From Patescibacteria group bacterium (GTDB lineage: Bacteria; Patescibacteriota; UBA1384; DATEAH01): a DNA stretch of 64,000 nt. The notes below the pieces were generated by a model. That model saw nothing but the letters and a program-made list of their open reading frames with translations. It was not told the origin of the DNA and ran no database searches. Both the position numbers and the translations under genes were made by a program. Of this stretch, positions 48,369 through 56,699 are shown in pieces. The DNA is taken from contig DATEAH010000006.1 in NCBI GenBank assembly GCA_035288465.1, forward strand, positions 27,770-91,769. The letters run 5' to 3'. Position 1 is the first letter of the stretch; each line of letters opens with the position of its first letter.

Positions 48369-49250
48369 TTAATGTTTGTTAATTTTCAACCCTTTTAAAT
48401 AAGCGCGAAAATCACCATTAATTTCGGGTCGCATTAAAGCAAAATCAACCACCGCTTTAAGATATTCGGTTTTATTGCCAGTATCGTAATATTTGCCACC
48501 TTCAATTTCTTTGGCATATATTTTATGATTTGGTCGTAATTTGTTAATCGCATCCACCAGCCAAATTTCACCACCTTTGCCAGGTTTAAGCTCGCGCAAG
48601 GCTTGAAAAATGTCTGGAGTTAAGATATAGGCGCCGTGCACGGCTAAATCTGAAGGGGCTTTATCTGGTTCGGGTTTTTCGATAATTTCTTCAATCTCAT
48701 AAAATTTGTCTTCAACTTCATTAACTTTGCCAATCCCATATTTGGATAAATTCTCTCGATTTTTGATTTTTACGGCCGAAATGATGATGTCTTGATATTT
48801 TTCATAAGCTTCAATCATTTGTTTCAGGCGCGGCTTTTTAGCATAAATAAATTCATCACCCCATAAAACCGCAAATGGTTCATTGCCAATAATCGGCTCA
48901 GCATTTAAAATCGGCGTGCCATTGCCGTAAGGTCCTTTTTGTCGAATATAGATAAAATTGGCTAATCGTGCGATACGTCTAATTTCTTCTAATTGTTCGG
49001 TTTTGCCGGCTTTTTCTAAGCGGTTTTCTAATTCAATACTGTGATCAAAATGATCTTCGATTGCCCGTTTGCTGTAGCCAGTGACAATGACAATATCTTC
49101 AATTCCAGAGTTGACCGCTTCCTCAACTACATACTGAATAATCGGTTTGTCAACTACCGGCAACATTTCTTTGGGAGAGGCCTTGGTCATCGGTAAAAAT
49201 CTTGTGCCAAAACCTGCTGCCGGGATGACAGCTTTTCTAATTTTTTTCAT
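48369..49250 (-). CDS. galU: UTP--glucose-1-phosphate uridylyltransferase
   Basis: KAVIPAAGFGTRFLPMTKASPKEMLPVVDKP, GKGGEIWLVDAI, YDTGNK. Confidence 0.93.
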   Translation of the reverse strand: MKKIRKAVIPAAGFGTRFLPMTKASPKEMLPVVDKPIIQYVVEEAVNSGIEDIVIVTGYSKRAIEDHFDHSIELENRLEKAGKTEQLEEIRRIARLANFIYIRQKGPYGNGTPILNAEPIIGNEPFAVLWGDEFIYAKKPRLKQMIEAYEKYQDIIISAVKIKNRENLSKYGIGKVNEVEDKFYEIEEIIEKPEPDKAPSDLAVHGAYILTPDIFQALRELKPGKGGEIWLVDAINKLRPNHKIYAKEIEGGKYYDTGNKTEYLKAVVDFALMRPEINGDFRAYLKGLKINKH

Positions 49251-49274
49251 CTAATTTTACTCCGTCTTGATTAA

Positions 49275-49303
49275 ATTATAATCTTTGTATTTTTAATTGT
49301 CAA
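49275..49303 (-). promoter_or_regulatory. Consensus sigma70 promoter for galU-SBP-pilin genes
   Basis: TTGACA-17nt-TATAAT on the minus strand. Confidence 0.8.
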
Positions 49304-49321
49304 TTTAAATTGTTAGATAAC

Positions 49322-49353
49322 AAAAATATCAACCCTATTGGGTTGATATTTTT
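49322..49353 (-). terminator. Intrinsic terminator after hsp20
   Basis: aaaatatcaaccc-tatt-gggttgatatttt hairpin. Confidence 0.7.
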
Positions 49354-49370
49354 AATAAGGAATTTTATGC

Positions 49371-49796
49371 TTATTCAGATTCGGTATCAACTTTAACAAT
49401 TTGGGTTTTACTTTTGGCTTCTTTGGGAACAATGATAGTTAAAACCCCATGTTTAAGAGTAGCTTTAGCTTTTTCTGGATCAACGCCGGTTGGTAAGGAA
49501 ACTTGTCTGGAAAATGTCCCCCAATAACATTCTTGAGCAAAATAATCTTCTGCTTTGACTTCAGCTTCTTGTTGTCGCGAACCTTTAACGGTGACGGTAT
49601 TATCAACGATGGAAACTTCTAAGTTTTCGGGTTTAACACCGGCAATAGGCGCCTTAATCACAATCGATTCCGCGGTTTGGTAAGCATCAAGCGCTAATTG
49701 GCCTTCGATTTCGGCCATCCACTCTTCTTTATTTTCAGGATTATCATCGGCTTTTTCACCGAAAATTTTAGAAACAGTTGGACTTTCTTTCGCCAT
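49371..49796 (-). CDS. Hsp20/alpha-crystallin small heat-shock protein
   Basis: EGQLALDAYQT, ECYWGTFSRQVSLP, ATLKHGVLTI; ATG 49796 with GGAGG SD. Confidence 0.92.
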   Translation of the reverse strand: MAKESPTVSKIFGEKADDNPENKEEWMAEIEGQLALDAYQTAESIVIKAPIAGVKPENLEVSIVDNTVTVKGSRQQEAEVKAEDYFAQECYWGTFSRQVSLPTGVDPEKAKATLKHGVLTIIVPKEAKSKTQIVKVDTESE

Positions 49797-49830
49797 CTTG
49801 CCCTCCTTTCCTGCCACAGCGGGAAAAATT

Positions 49831-49943
49831 GAAATCCTAAGCACTAATTTCTAAACAAATCTTAAATCTCAATTTTCCAATTTTTTAAATATGTTTCTAA
49901 TTTCTAATTTGTTTAGGATTTAGAATTCCGATATTCGGATATT
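49831..49943. repeat. ORF-less heptamer hairpin upstream of hsp20
   Basis: gaaatcctaagcactaatttctaaacaaat ... tttgtttaggatttagaattccgatattcggat; small cctgccacagcggg hairpin next to the SD. Confidence 0.7.
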
Positions 49944-50035
49944 GTTAACTGTGGATAACTATTTTTATTATAAAACATTCAGAGATTTTTGCAAGTCCCG
50001 CCTTAAAGCTTTAAGATAAAAATTGGGCAAATAAA

Positions 50036-50725
50036 ATGTCAAATTTTAAAGAATTGTTTTATGATTTAATTTTTCCCAAAAAATGTATAGGCTGTGGAGC
50101 GGAAGGGAATTGGTTATGTCGGGATTGTTTTGAAAAAATTGTGATCGTGCGCCAGCCCTTTTGTCCCAATTGCCAAAAACTGACAAAATCTGGCCAATAT
50201 TGTTCAAGATGCCGGGTTCGGCAGTCTTTGACCGGAGTAATAATCGCGGCTCATTATGAAAACCCGCTCAAGGAAGCGATCCACAAATTTAAATATGAGA
50301 AATTGACTGAGTTGTCAGATCCTTTTTTGGAGATTCTGATTACTCGACTTGAAGCGGGATTTCCGGTCGGAAAATTGGTTTTGGTGCCGGTGCCGTTAAC
50401 CAAAAAAAGAGAATCGGAAAGAGGGTATAATCAAGCGGAAATTTTGGCAAATTTATTAGCCGAAGCTTTTGAAATTCCCACGATAAATAACTTATTGGTT
50501 AGGATTAAAGAAAAGCCGAGTCAGGTAAGCTTGAGAGGTGAAGAGCGGCGGAAAAATGTATTGGGGATTTTTGCGGTTCGGGGCGAGACGGCGAAAATTA
50601 AAAATAAAACAATTTTGTTGGTTGATGACGTGATGACTACTGGCGCGACCTTAAATGAATGTGCTCAGGTGCTTAAAAGCGCCGAGGCTAAAAATGTTTG
50701 GGGAGTAGTGATTGCTAAAGCCTGA
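50036..50725 (+). CDS. comF: ComF family protein
   Basis: Zn-finger CxxC motifs, ERGYNQAE, LVDDVMTTGATL. Confidence 0.92.
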   Translation: MSNFKELFYDLIFPKKCIGCGAEGNWLCRDCFEKIVIVRQPFCPNCQKLTKSGQYCSRCRVRQSLTGVIIAAHYENPLKEAIHKFKYEKLTELSDPFLEILITRLEAGFPVGKLVLVPVPLTKKRESERGYNQAEILANLLAEAFEIPTINNLLVRIKEKPSQVSLRGEERRKNVLGIFAVRGETAKIKNKTILLVDDVMTTGATLNECAQVLKSAEAKNVWGVVIAKA

Positions 50726-50801
50726 TATTTTATATTTGGATTTTGGTCATAAAAATGGTATAATTATGCTTGAAAAATAAGTTTTGAATCCCGCACCGAG
50801 A

Positions 50802-51083
50802 ATGTATTATATTTATATATTAAAAAGTCTAATAAATGGTAAATTATATAAAGGATATACTAGAGATATTAATAAAAGAATTTTAGGTTATAACCAAGGT
50901 AGGGTTAAATCAATAAAATCTGGGTTTCGGTGGAAATTGATTTATTATGAAGGATTTATAAATAAAACCGACGCATTGCGAGAAGAAATATTTTTAAAAT
51001 CAGATAAAGGAAAAGATAGACCTAAATATTTATTAAAAAATTCTACGGAGGAGTGCCAGAGCGGTTTAATGGGCCGGTCTTGA
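50802..51083 (+). CDS. Small GIY-YIG nuclease family protein, possibly decaying
   Basis: YYIYILKS...LYKGYT...WKLIYYEGF...A..EE.FLKS; the usual EHN reads GYN; 3' end overlaps the tRNA. Confidence 0.65.
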   Translation: MYYIYILKSLINGKLYKGYTRDINKRILGYNQGRVKSIKSGFRWKLIYYEGFINKTDALREEIFLKSDKGKDRPKYLLKNSTEECQSGLMGRS

Positions 51084-51133
51084 AAACCGGTGTATCCGCA
51101 AGGGTACCAGAGGTTCGAATCCTCTCTCCTCCG
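51047..51133 (+). tRNA. tRNA-Ser(TGA)
   Basis: GGAGGAG acceptor, ccggt-CT-TGA-AA-accgg, long variable arm, GTTCGAATC; CCA not encoded. Confidence 0.95.
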
Positions 51134-51143
51134 AATTTTTATT

Positions 51144-51171
51144 AAAAAAGCAGCTAAATAGCTGCTTTTTT
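51144..51171. terminator. Bidirectional intrinsic terminator
   Basis: aaaaaagcagct-aaat-agctgcttttt between convergent units. Confidence 0.8.
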
Positions 51172-51195
51172 GAGTCTTAGTTTTTACTCAATATT

Positions 51196-52644
51196 TTATT
51201 TTTCAGCCCAGTCTTTGAAAAAACTAATACCCTGTTTTAAAAATGGCCAAAAATCTTTCGGATTTTTAACAAATTTTTTCATACTATGCAAAATATAGGT
51301 TGGCCTTAAGTAAAATTGTAAATAAGCTTTTTTGCGGAATTTCGCGAGATCTTCAACTGATAACTGCGGAGTCGAAATGATATTTTTTCCTTGTTCATAA
51401 TCCGCCCAGCTTTTAGCGGTGATCCAGCCTTTTTTAGCGGCTTCGTCGTGAAAGCGAGTCCCGGGATATGGAATAGCGGAATAAAATTGGACATAGTCTG
51501 GATTTATTTCCTTAACCAATTTCATGGTTTTTTTAATGGTTTGTTTGGTTTCGCCCGGCAAGCCAAAAATAATATAAGCGGCACTTTCAAGTTTGGCAGC
51601 CCTAGTCCATTTAAAAGCTTGCCTGATTTGCGCCAAAGTGATATTTTTGCCAACGCGGTTTAAAATCTTTTGAACACCTGATTCGACTCCATATGAGACA
51701 ACCTGGCAGCCGGTTTCTTTCATCGCTTTTAACATTTTAGGATTAATTCTGTCCACGCGCGAATTTGCCATCCAGCGAAATTTCAGCTTCCTTTTTTTAA
51801 TACCTTCACATAATCTAAAAACATAATTTCGGTCAAAAGTAAAAGAATCCGCCCAAAAAGTAATATCTTTAATTTTATAAACTTTGAGAATTTCTTCAAC
51901 TTCATCTAAGACATTTTTAACGCTCCTCATCCTAATTTTTGAGCCATAATATAGGCTGGCGGTGCAAAAACTACAATTATTTGGACAGCCGCGGGAGGTA
52001 ATGACTAAGGTATAGGGTCGGTTATAGACCGGCATTTTGTAGCGTCGATTTTTAATTAAGTCTCGAGCAGGAAAGGGTAAAAGATCTAAATTTTCGATAA
52101 AGGGCCGGTCCACATTGCTAATAAATGACGGGTTACTCTTAAAACTGAGCCCCTTAACCTTTTTCAAAGATTTTTTATCACGCAGGGAAAGCGCGAGCTC
52201 GAGCGAAGTCATTTCCGGTTCTCCTCTAATAATCGAATCCAGCGCAGTATCTTTTAGGGTTTTTAAAGGAAGGCTGGTGACATGAATGCCAATGGCGGTT
52301 AAGTGCGTCTTGGGCTGATTTTTTTTGACCTTGGCAATAAAAATTCGATCCCCATAATAGGTAACAGTGGCGAGATTTATAATAATTAAATTCGGTTGAA
52401 ATTTTTTAATCGCTCTAATTGCTTTTTTCGAGTCCAAATCTTCGGCCATTGAGTCTAAAACTTTAACCTCAATCCCATTTTCGCGCAAAAGGCCGGCAAT
52501 CGATGGCAGAGAAATCGGTACCATCAGATATTGAAAAGACGAAGCACGCTGTTCACATCGGCCTTCTCTAACATATTTTTCGTGATTTGGGCTAGGCGGA
52601 TTGACAATCATAACCTTCACATTATCCCCACTTTCAAAGATCAA
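51196..52644 (-). CDS. B12-binding-domain radical SAM protein
   Basis: B12-like domain (GIHVT, IIRGEPE), SRGCPNNCSFC, YGVESG, FGLPGET. Confidence 0.9.
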   Translation of the reverse strand: MIFESGDNVKVMIVNPPSPNHEKYVREGRCEQRASSFQYLMVPISLPSIAGLLRENGIEVKVLDSMAEDLDSKKAIRAIKKFQPNLIIINLATVTYYGDRIFIAKVKKNQPKTHLTAIGIHVTSLPLKTLKDTALDSIIRGEPEMTSLELALSLRDKKSLKKVKGLSFKSNPSFISNVDRPFIENLDLLPFPARDLIKNRRYKMPVYNRPYTLVITSRGCPNNCSFCTASLYYGSKIRMRSVKNVLDEVEEILKVYKIKDITFWADSFTFDRNYVFRLCEGIKKRKLKFRWMANSRVDRINPKMLKAMKETGCQVVSYGVESGVQKILNRVGKNITLAQIRQAFKWTRAAKLESAAYIIFGLPGETKQTIKKTMKLVKEINPDYVQFYSAIPYPGTRFHDEAAKKGWITAKSWADYEQGKNIISTPQLSVEDLAKFRKKAYLQFYLRPTYILHSMKKFVKNPKDFWPFLKQGISFFKDWAEK

Positions 52645-52658
52645 ATCAATAAAATGAT

Positions 52659-53072
52659 TTAGATATGATTAAATTTATCATCTTTCGCCAGAAAAATAAA
52701 CCTTTTTACTAACCAAAAATTAGTGACCGCCGCAGCAAATGTGGCGAATATTTTAGCAAAAAGATACCATAAATGAAAAAACTGTACCAATGACGCCAGA
52801 ATTAATAAATTAATTGCTAAACCAACGCTATGAGAAATAATATATTTTATAAACTGCTGAAAATATTTTTTTTCAGAATTAGCAAAAGTCCAAAATTTAT
52901 TCAAGCTAAAACTAATCCAAACTATCACCACAATTGAAATAATCGCTGCCAGCAAATAATGAAGATGGACAAATTCAACTAAAATATAAAGAAAAATGAA
53001 ATCCAATAAAGTCGCCAAACCCCCGACCATAATGTATTTTAAAAATTGTTTTGACATAATCATTTTTACCAT
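52659..53072 (-). CDS. GtrA-family flippase-like protein
   Basis: QFLKYIMVGG...SFSLNKFWTF...AKIFAT..NF; four TM. Confidence 0.88.
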   Translation of the reverse strand: MVKMIMSKQFLKYIMVGGLATLLDFIFLYILVEFVHLHYLLAAIISIVVIVWISFSLNKFWTFANSEKKYFQQFIKYIISHSVGLAINLLILASLVQFFHLWYLFAKIFATFAAAVTNFWLVKRFIFLAKDDKFNHI

Positions 53073-53776
53073 TTATTCCTTTGCCGATAAGCACTTATTA
53101 AAATAGCCATAAAAAGAGCAAAAAGCACCACTATAAAATAATAAAATATAATTACAATTTGATTCAAAATCACCCCGATAAAAACAACAATCCAAATGGT
53201 GCCAGAACGATACGATTCGGAAAACAAGAAGGCGATTATTTTTAAAAATTTTGGAAGATTTTTTAGACTTTCCTTTTTAATATTTTCAACATCTTTATTA
53301 AATAAGAGCTGATATCTGGGTAGGGTTCTGCCAAACATTCTTTGCAAAAAAATTACCAAGGCTAAATAAAAAAAGATATGATCATTATGCACTTGCCGAA
53401 AGTTGGCCCAGGCAAGCGCGAAAAAAACCAAACTTTCTTTGATGCTGTCAAGAGAAGTATCAAGTAAGGCGCCAAAGTGGCTGATTTTTTTAAAGCCTCG
53501 GGCAAGCTGGCCGTCAACACAATCAAAAATATAAGAAATAATTAAAATACCCGCCCCCAAAATCCTTTCTGATAAATTCCCGTAAGCGATCAAGCCGATT
53601 CCGATTAGGCCGACCCCAAAACCTAAAAAATTAACAAAAGTTGGTGATAAATTGATGCTGGCAAAACCAGGAGTGATCACGCTGGCAATCGGACGATAAA
53701 AAACCCGTTCGAAAAATGGGTAAAAGGGCTTGTGCATAATTTTAGCATTAAATTTTGGTTTATGATTTTTTTTCAT
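53066..53776 (-). CDS. CDP-alcohol phosphatidyltransferase family protein
   Basis: DCVDGQLAR...SHFGALLDTSLD signature. Confidence 0.9.
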   Translation of the reverse strand: MKKNHKPKFNAKIMHKPFYPFFERVFYRPIASVITPGFASINLSPTFVNFLGFGVGLIGIGLIAYGNLSERILGAGILIISYIFDCVDGQLARGFKKISHFGALLDTSLDSIKESLVFFALAWANFRQVHNDHIFFYLALVIFLQRMFGRTLPRYQLLFNKDVENIKKESLKNLPKFLKIIAFLFSESYRSGTIWIVVFIGVILNQIVIIFYYFIVVLFALFMAILISAYRQRNKW

Positions 53777-54575
53777 TTAAGCTTTTTGGCTTTTGACAAA
53801 TTACCACAAATTCACGGGTTTTGGCAGTATTTTTAGAAAAATAAACATCTGATAATTTTATTTTGGCAGACTGATAAATTTTTTTCACATAAAGCCAAGA
53901 AAAAACCCTCAGATAGGTTCTGGTTGCCCAGATTTTGATGGTATGCGGTAAATTTGCATAAATAATTCTAATTAATCTTTTCGGGTTCCAGCGGGAATAA
54001 AGTAACAATTTTCGACCACGAACATATTGGCCTAAAATTTTTTGGACCTCAAAATCAGCGAGCATTTTTTTTAAATCTTCTAAATAAAATTCATAAAAAT
54101 GAAAAGGGTAAAAAGGTTTAAAAGTGCCAGGGGAATAAACCGCTTTATTTGGAGTGGAAAGAATCAGTAAGCCCCCAGGTTTTAGAACTCGGTAAATTTC
54201 GTCGATGGCCTTAGAGTAATTTTTAACATGCTCAATGGTTTCAAACATAGATACTAAATCAAAATAATTATTAGGAAAATCAAGATTGGTTAAGTCGGCT
54301 CTTTTAAAAATTAAATTTTTCCGAAGATATTTAGATTGGCAATACTGGATTGATTCGGCGACTATGTCAATTCCATAAACTTTTTTAGCGCCAGACTTAG
54401 CTAAAATATTGGCGCCGTAACCTGCTCCGCAACCAGCGTCTAAGATAATTTTATTTTGAGCATATTTGGTGGCCAATTGATAACGAGAAATGGCTAAACC
54501 ATAAATATCTTGCAAAAACTTTGCCTGGGGCATAATTGAGCCCTCGAGTCTGGGCATTAAATTGTCGGTGGGCAT
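53760..54575 (-). CDS. Class I SAM-dependent methyltransferase
   Basis: LDAGCGAGYG, FETIEH, LKPGGLLILSTPN. Confidence 0.9.
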   Translation of the reverse strand: MPTDNLMPRLEGSIMPQAKFLQDIYGLAISRYQLATKYAQNKIILDAGCGAGYGANILAKSGAKKVYGIDIVAESIQYCQSKYLRKNLIFKRADLTNLDFPNNYFDLVSMFETIEHVKNYSKAIDEIYRVLKPGGLLILSTPNKAVYSPGTFKPFYPFHFYEFYLEDLKKMLADFEVQKILGQYVRGRKLLLYSRWNPKRLIRIIYANLPHTIKIWATRTYLRVFSWLYVKKIYQSAKIKLSDVYFSKNTAKTREFVVICQKPKSLNEKKS

Positions 54576-54597
54576 AATTGTCCTTTCTGCGGGATTT

Positions 54598-56037
54598 TTA
54601 ACCCCAATTTATCAAAAAACTTGAACCTTTCTGAATAAGATTGAGCAAGTCTCGGAATGATTTAACTTTTTTTAATTGACGGGAGATAAATTTTTTGCGT
54701 AAATAAAAACCAACCATTGCTTTTTTTCGAGCCTTAGCTAAGTCTTTTTGAGACAACTCTGAAGTATTAATTATCGCTCGGTTTAGTTCGTACTGGTTCC
54801 AATCAGAAGCCTTGATCCACCCCCTTTTGACGGCTAACTTGCGAAACTCAGTGCCGGGGAATGGAATGGCACAATAAAATTGGACATAATCTGGATCGAT
54901 TTTGCGAATAAATTTAATGGTTTGATTTATGGTTTTTTTTGTTTCACCGGGAAGACCAAAAATAACATGGGCTAAAGAATCTATATTCGCTTTTCGGGTT
55001 AGCTTAAAAGCTCTTTCAATCTGTTTTAAGGTGGTGCCCTTTTTGACATTATTTAATATTTTTTGAACGCCTGACTCAACTCCATATGCCACGCCCATAC
55101 AACCAGCCTTTTTCATGGCTTTGAGCATTTCCAGATCAACCGTATTGACTCGGGCATTGCACATCCAGTTAAATTTTATTTTTTTATCAATAATTTGTTG
55201 GCAAAGTTCAAGGACAAATTTTTTATCAAAAGTAAAAGTATCAGCCCACATGGTAATATCTTTGATCTGGTCGTGATTGACAATTTGCTCAATTTCCTCA
55301 ATCACTTTTTCGACTCGGCGGACTCTAAATTTATTCCCATAATATTGTTTGGCAGTACAAAAAGTACATTTATTGGGGCATCCACGAGCCGTAATTAGCA
55401 GTGTATAGGGTCGGTTGTAAACTGGCATAAAATAGCGGTCGTTTTTAAGGAGGTGGCGGGCGGCAAAAGGTAAAGAGTCTAAATCTTTAAAATGCGGCCT
55501 CGCCGGATTATTAATAATTTGCCCATCTTTTTTATAAGATAAACCGCGAATATTATCGAGTAATTTTTTATTTTTTAGGGCCGTGGCGAGTTTTAAAACC
55601 GTTATTTCCGGTTCGCCCCGTACCACTGAATCTAATCGGGTTTCTCGAAGCACTTTTTTAGGCAGGGTCGTGACATGGACGCCAATAGCGACCAGATGAG
55701 CATTGGGCAGTTTTTTCTTCAAGCGCATCACAAATTCTGCATCTGATTTATAAGTTAAGGTTGAAAAATTTATAATCACCAAATCAGGCTTAAATCTTGC
55801 CGAGGCCGAGATCGCACCGGAAAAATCAAAATCTTCGACCATAAAATCATAAATTTTAACTTCAAAATTATTCTGTAAAAGTAAACCGGCAGTCATAGGT
55901 AAAGAAATCGGCACCATCACATATTGAAATGAGGATAGGCGCTGCTCACACCTGCCTTCTCTAATTACTTTTGGGCCATTTAATGGGGGCGGATTGATAA
56001 GTAAAATTTTCAAGATCTTCTCCATAATATTTGCCAA
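54598..56037 (-). CDS. B12-binding-domain radical SAM protein (paralog of 51196-52644)
   Basis: ARGCPNKCTFC; shares REGRCEQR.SSFQY.MVPISLP and MPVYNRPYTL with the paralog. Confidence 0.9.
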   Translation of the reverse strand: MANIMEKILKILLINPPPLNGPKVIREGRCEQRLSSFQYVMVPISLPMTAGLLLQNNFEVKIYDFMVEDFDFSGAISASARFKPDLVIINFSTLTYKSDAEFVMRLKKKLPNAHLVAIGVHVTTLPKKVLRETRLDSVVRGEPEITVLKLATALKNKKLLDNIRGLSYKKDGQIINNPARPHFKDLDSLPFAARHLLKNDRYFMPVYNRPYTLLITARGCPNKCTFCTAKQYYGNKFRVRRVEKVIEEIEQIVNHDQIKDITMWADTFTFDKKFVLELCQQIIDKKIKFNWMCNARVNTVDLEMLKAMKKAGCMGVAYGVESGVQKILNNVKKGTTLKQIERAFKLTRKANIDSLAHVIFGLPGETKKTINQTIKFIRKIDPDYVQFYCAIPFPGTEFRKLAVKRGWIKASDWNQYELNRAIINTSELSQKDLAKARKKAMVGFYLRKKFISRQLKKVKSFRDLLNLIQKGSSFLINWG

Positions 56038-56699
56038 CGTTTTTTAAATAAAAACAATAAATTTGGGATGCCATCGCGCATACGACGGAGTTTGGAATTA
56101 CCAATGCGATCTCGATAATTGATATGATACTCTCCGTATTTAATTTTAGGGTGTAATAAAGCTTCCATTTTGATTTCTTCAGAAAAAGACATTTTATTGG
56201 AAAAGGGGTGAATTTTTTTTAAAATTGAGCGTCGAAATACCCACATGCCGGTTTGGGAATCTTCGACCGGTTTTAGGGTTAGTGAATTCATCGTGAGGGT
56301 TAATATTAGATTACCTAAACGGTTTGGCCAAGGCATGGCGGATTTATATTTTAAGGGAAAACGATTTCCAGCTACAAAATCAAGATTATTTTTGAGCAAA
56401 TAATCAATCATTCGCCCAATTTCTTGCAAAGGATATGTGCAGTCAGCATCACTGGTAATAATAATGTTGCCCTTGGCTGACTTGATGCCTTTTTGGCAAG
56501 CGGCGCCATAACCTTGTTTTTTTTCGCGAATTACGGTCGCGCCGAGTTTGCGGGCAATGGGGGCGGTTTTATCAAAGGAATTATTATCAACCACCATAAT
56601 TTCATCAACCCATTTTGGGATGCTTTTGATAGTAAGGGGAATCGCTTTTTCCTCATTATAGCATGGAATCACCACAGAAATTTTATATTTTTTATACAT
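56010..56699 (-). CDS. GT2 glycosyltransferase (DPM synthase-like)
   Basis: SVVIPCYNEE, VDNNSFD, GYGAA, SDADCTYP. Confidence 0.9.
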   Translation of the reverse strand: MYKKYKISVVIPCYNEEKAIPLTIKSIPKWVDEIMVVDNNSFDKTAPIARKLGATVIREKKQGYGAACQKGIKSAKGNIIITSDADCTYPLQEIGRMIDYLLKNNLDFVAGNRFPLKYKSAMPWPNRLGNLILTLTMNSLTLKPVEDSQTGMWVFRRSILKKIHPFSNKMSFSEEIKMEALLHPKIKYGEYHINYRDRIGNSKLRRMRDGIPNLLFLFKKRWQILWRRS

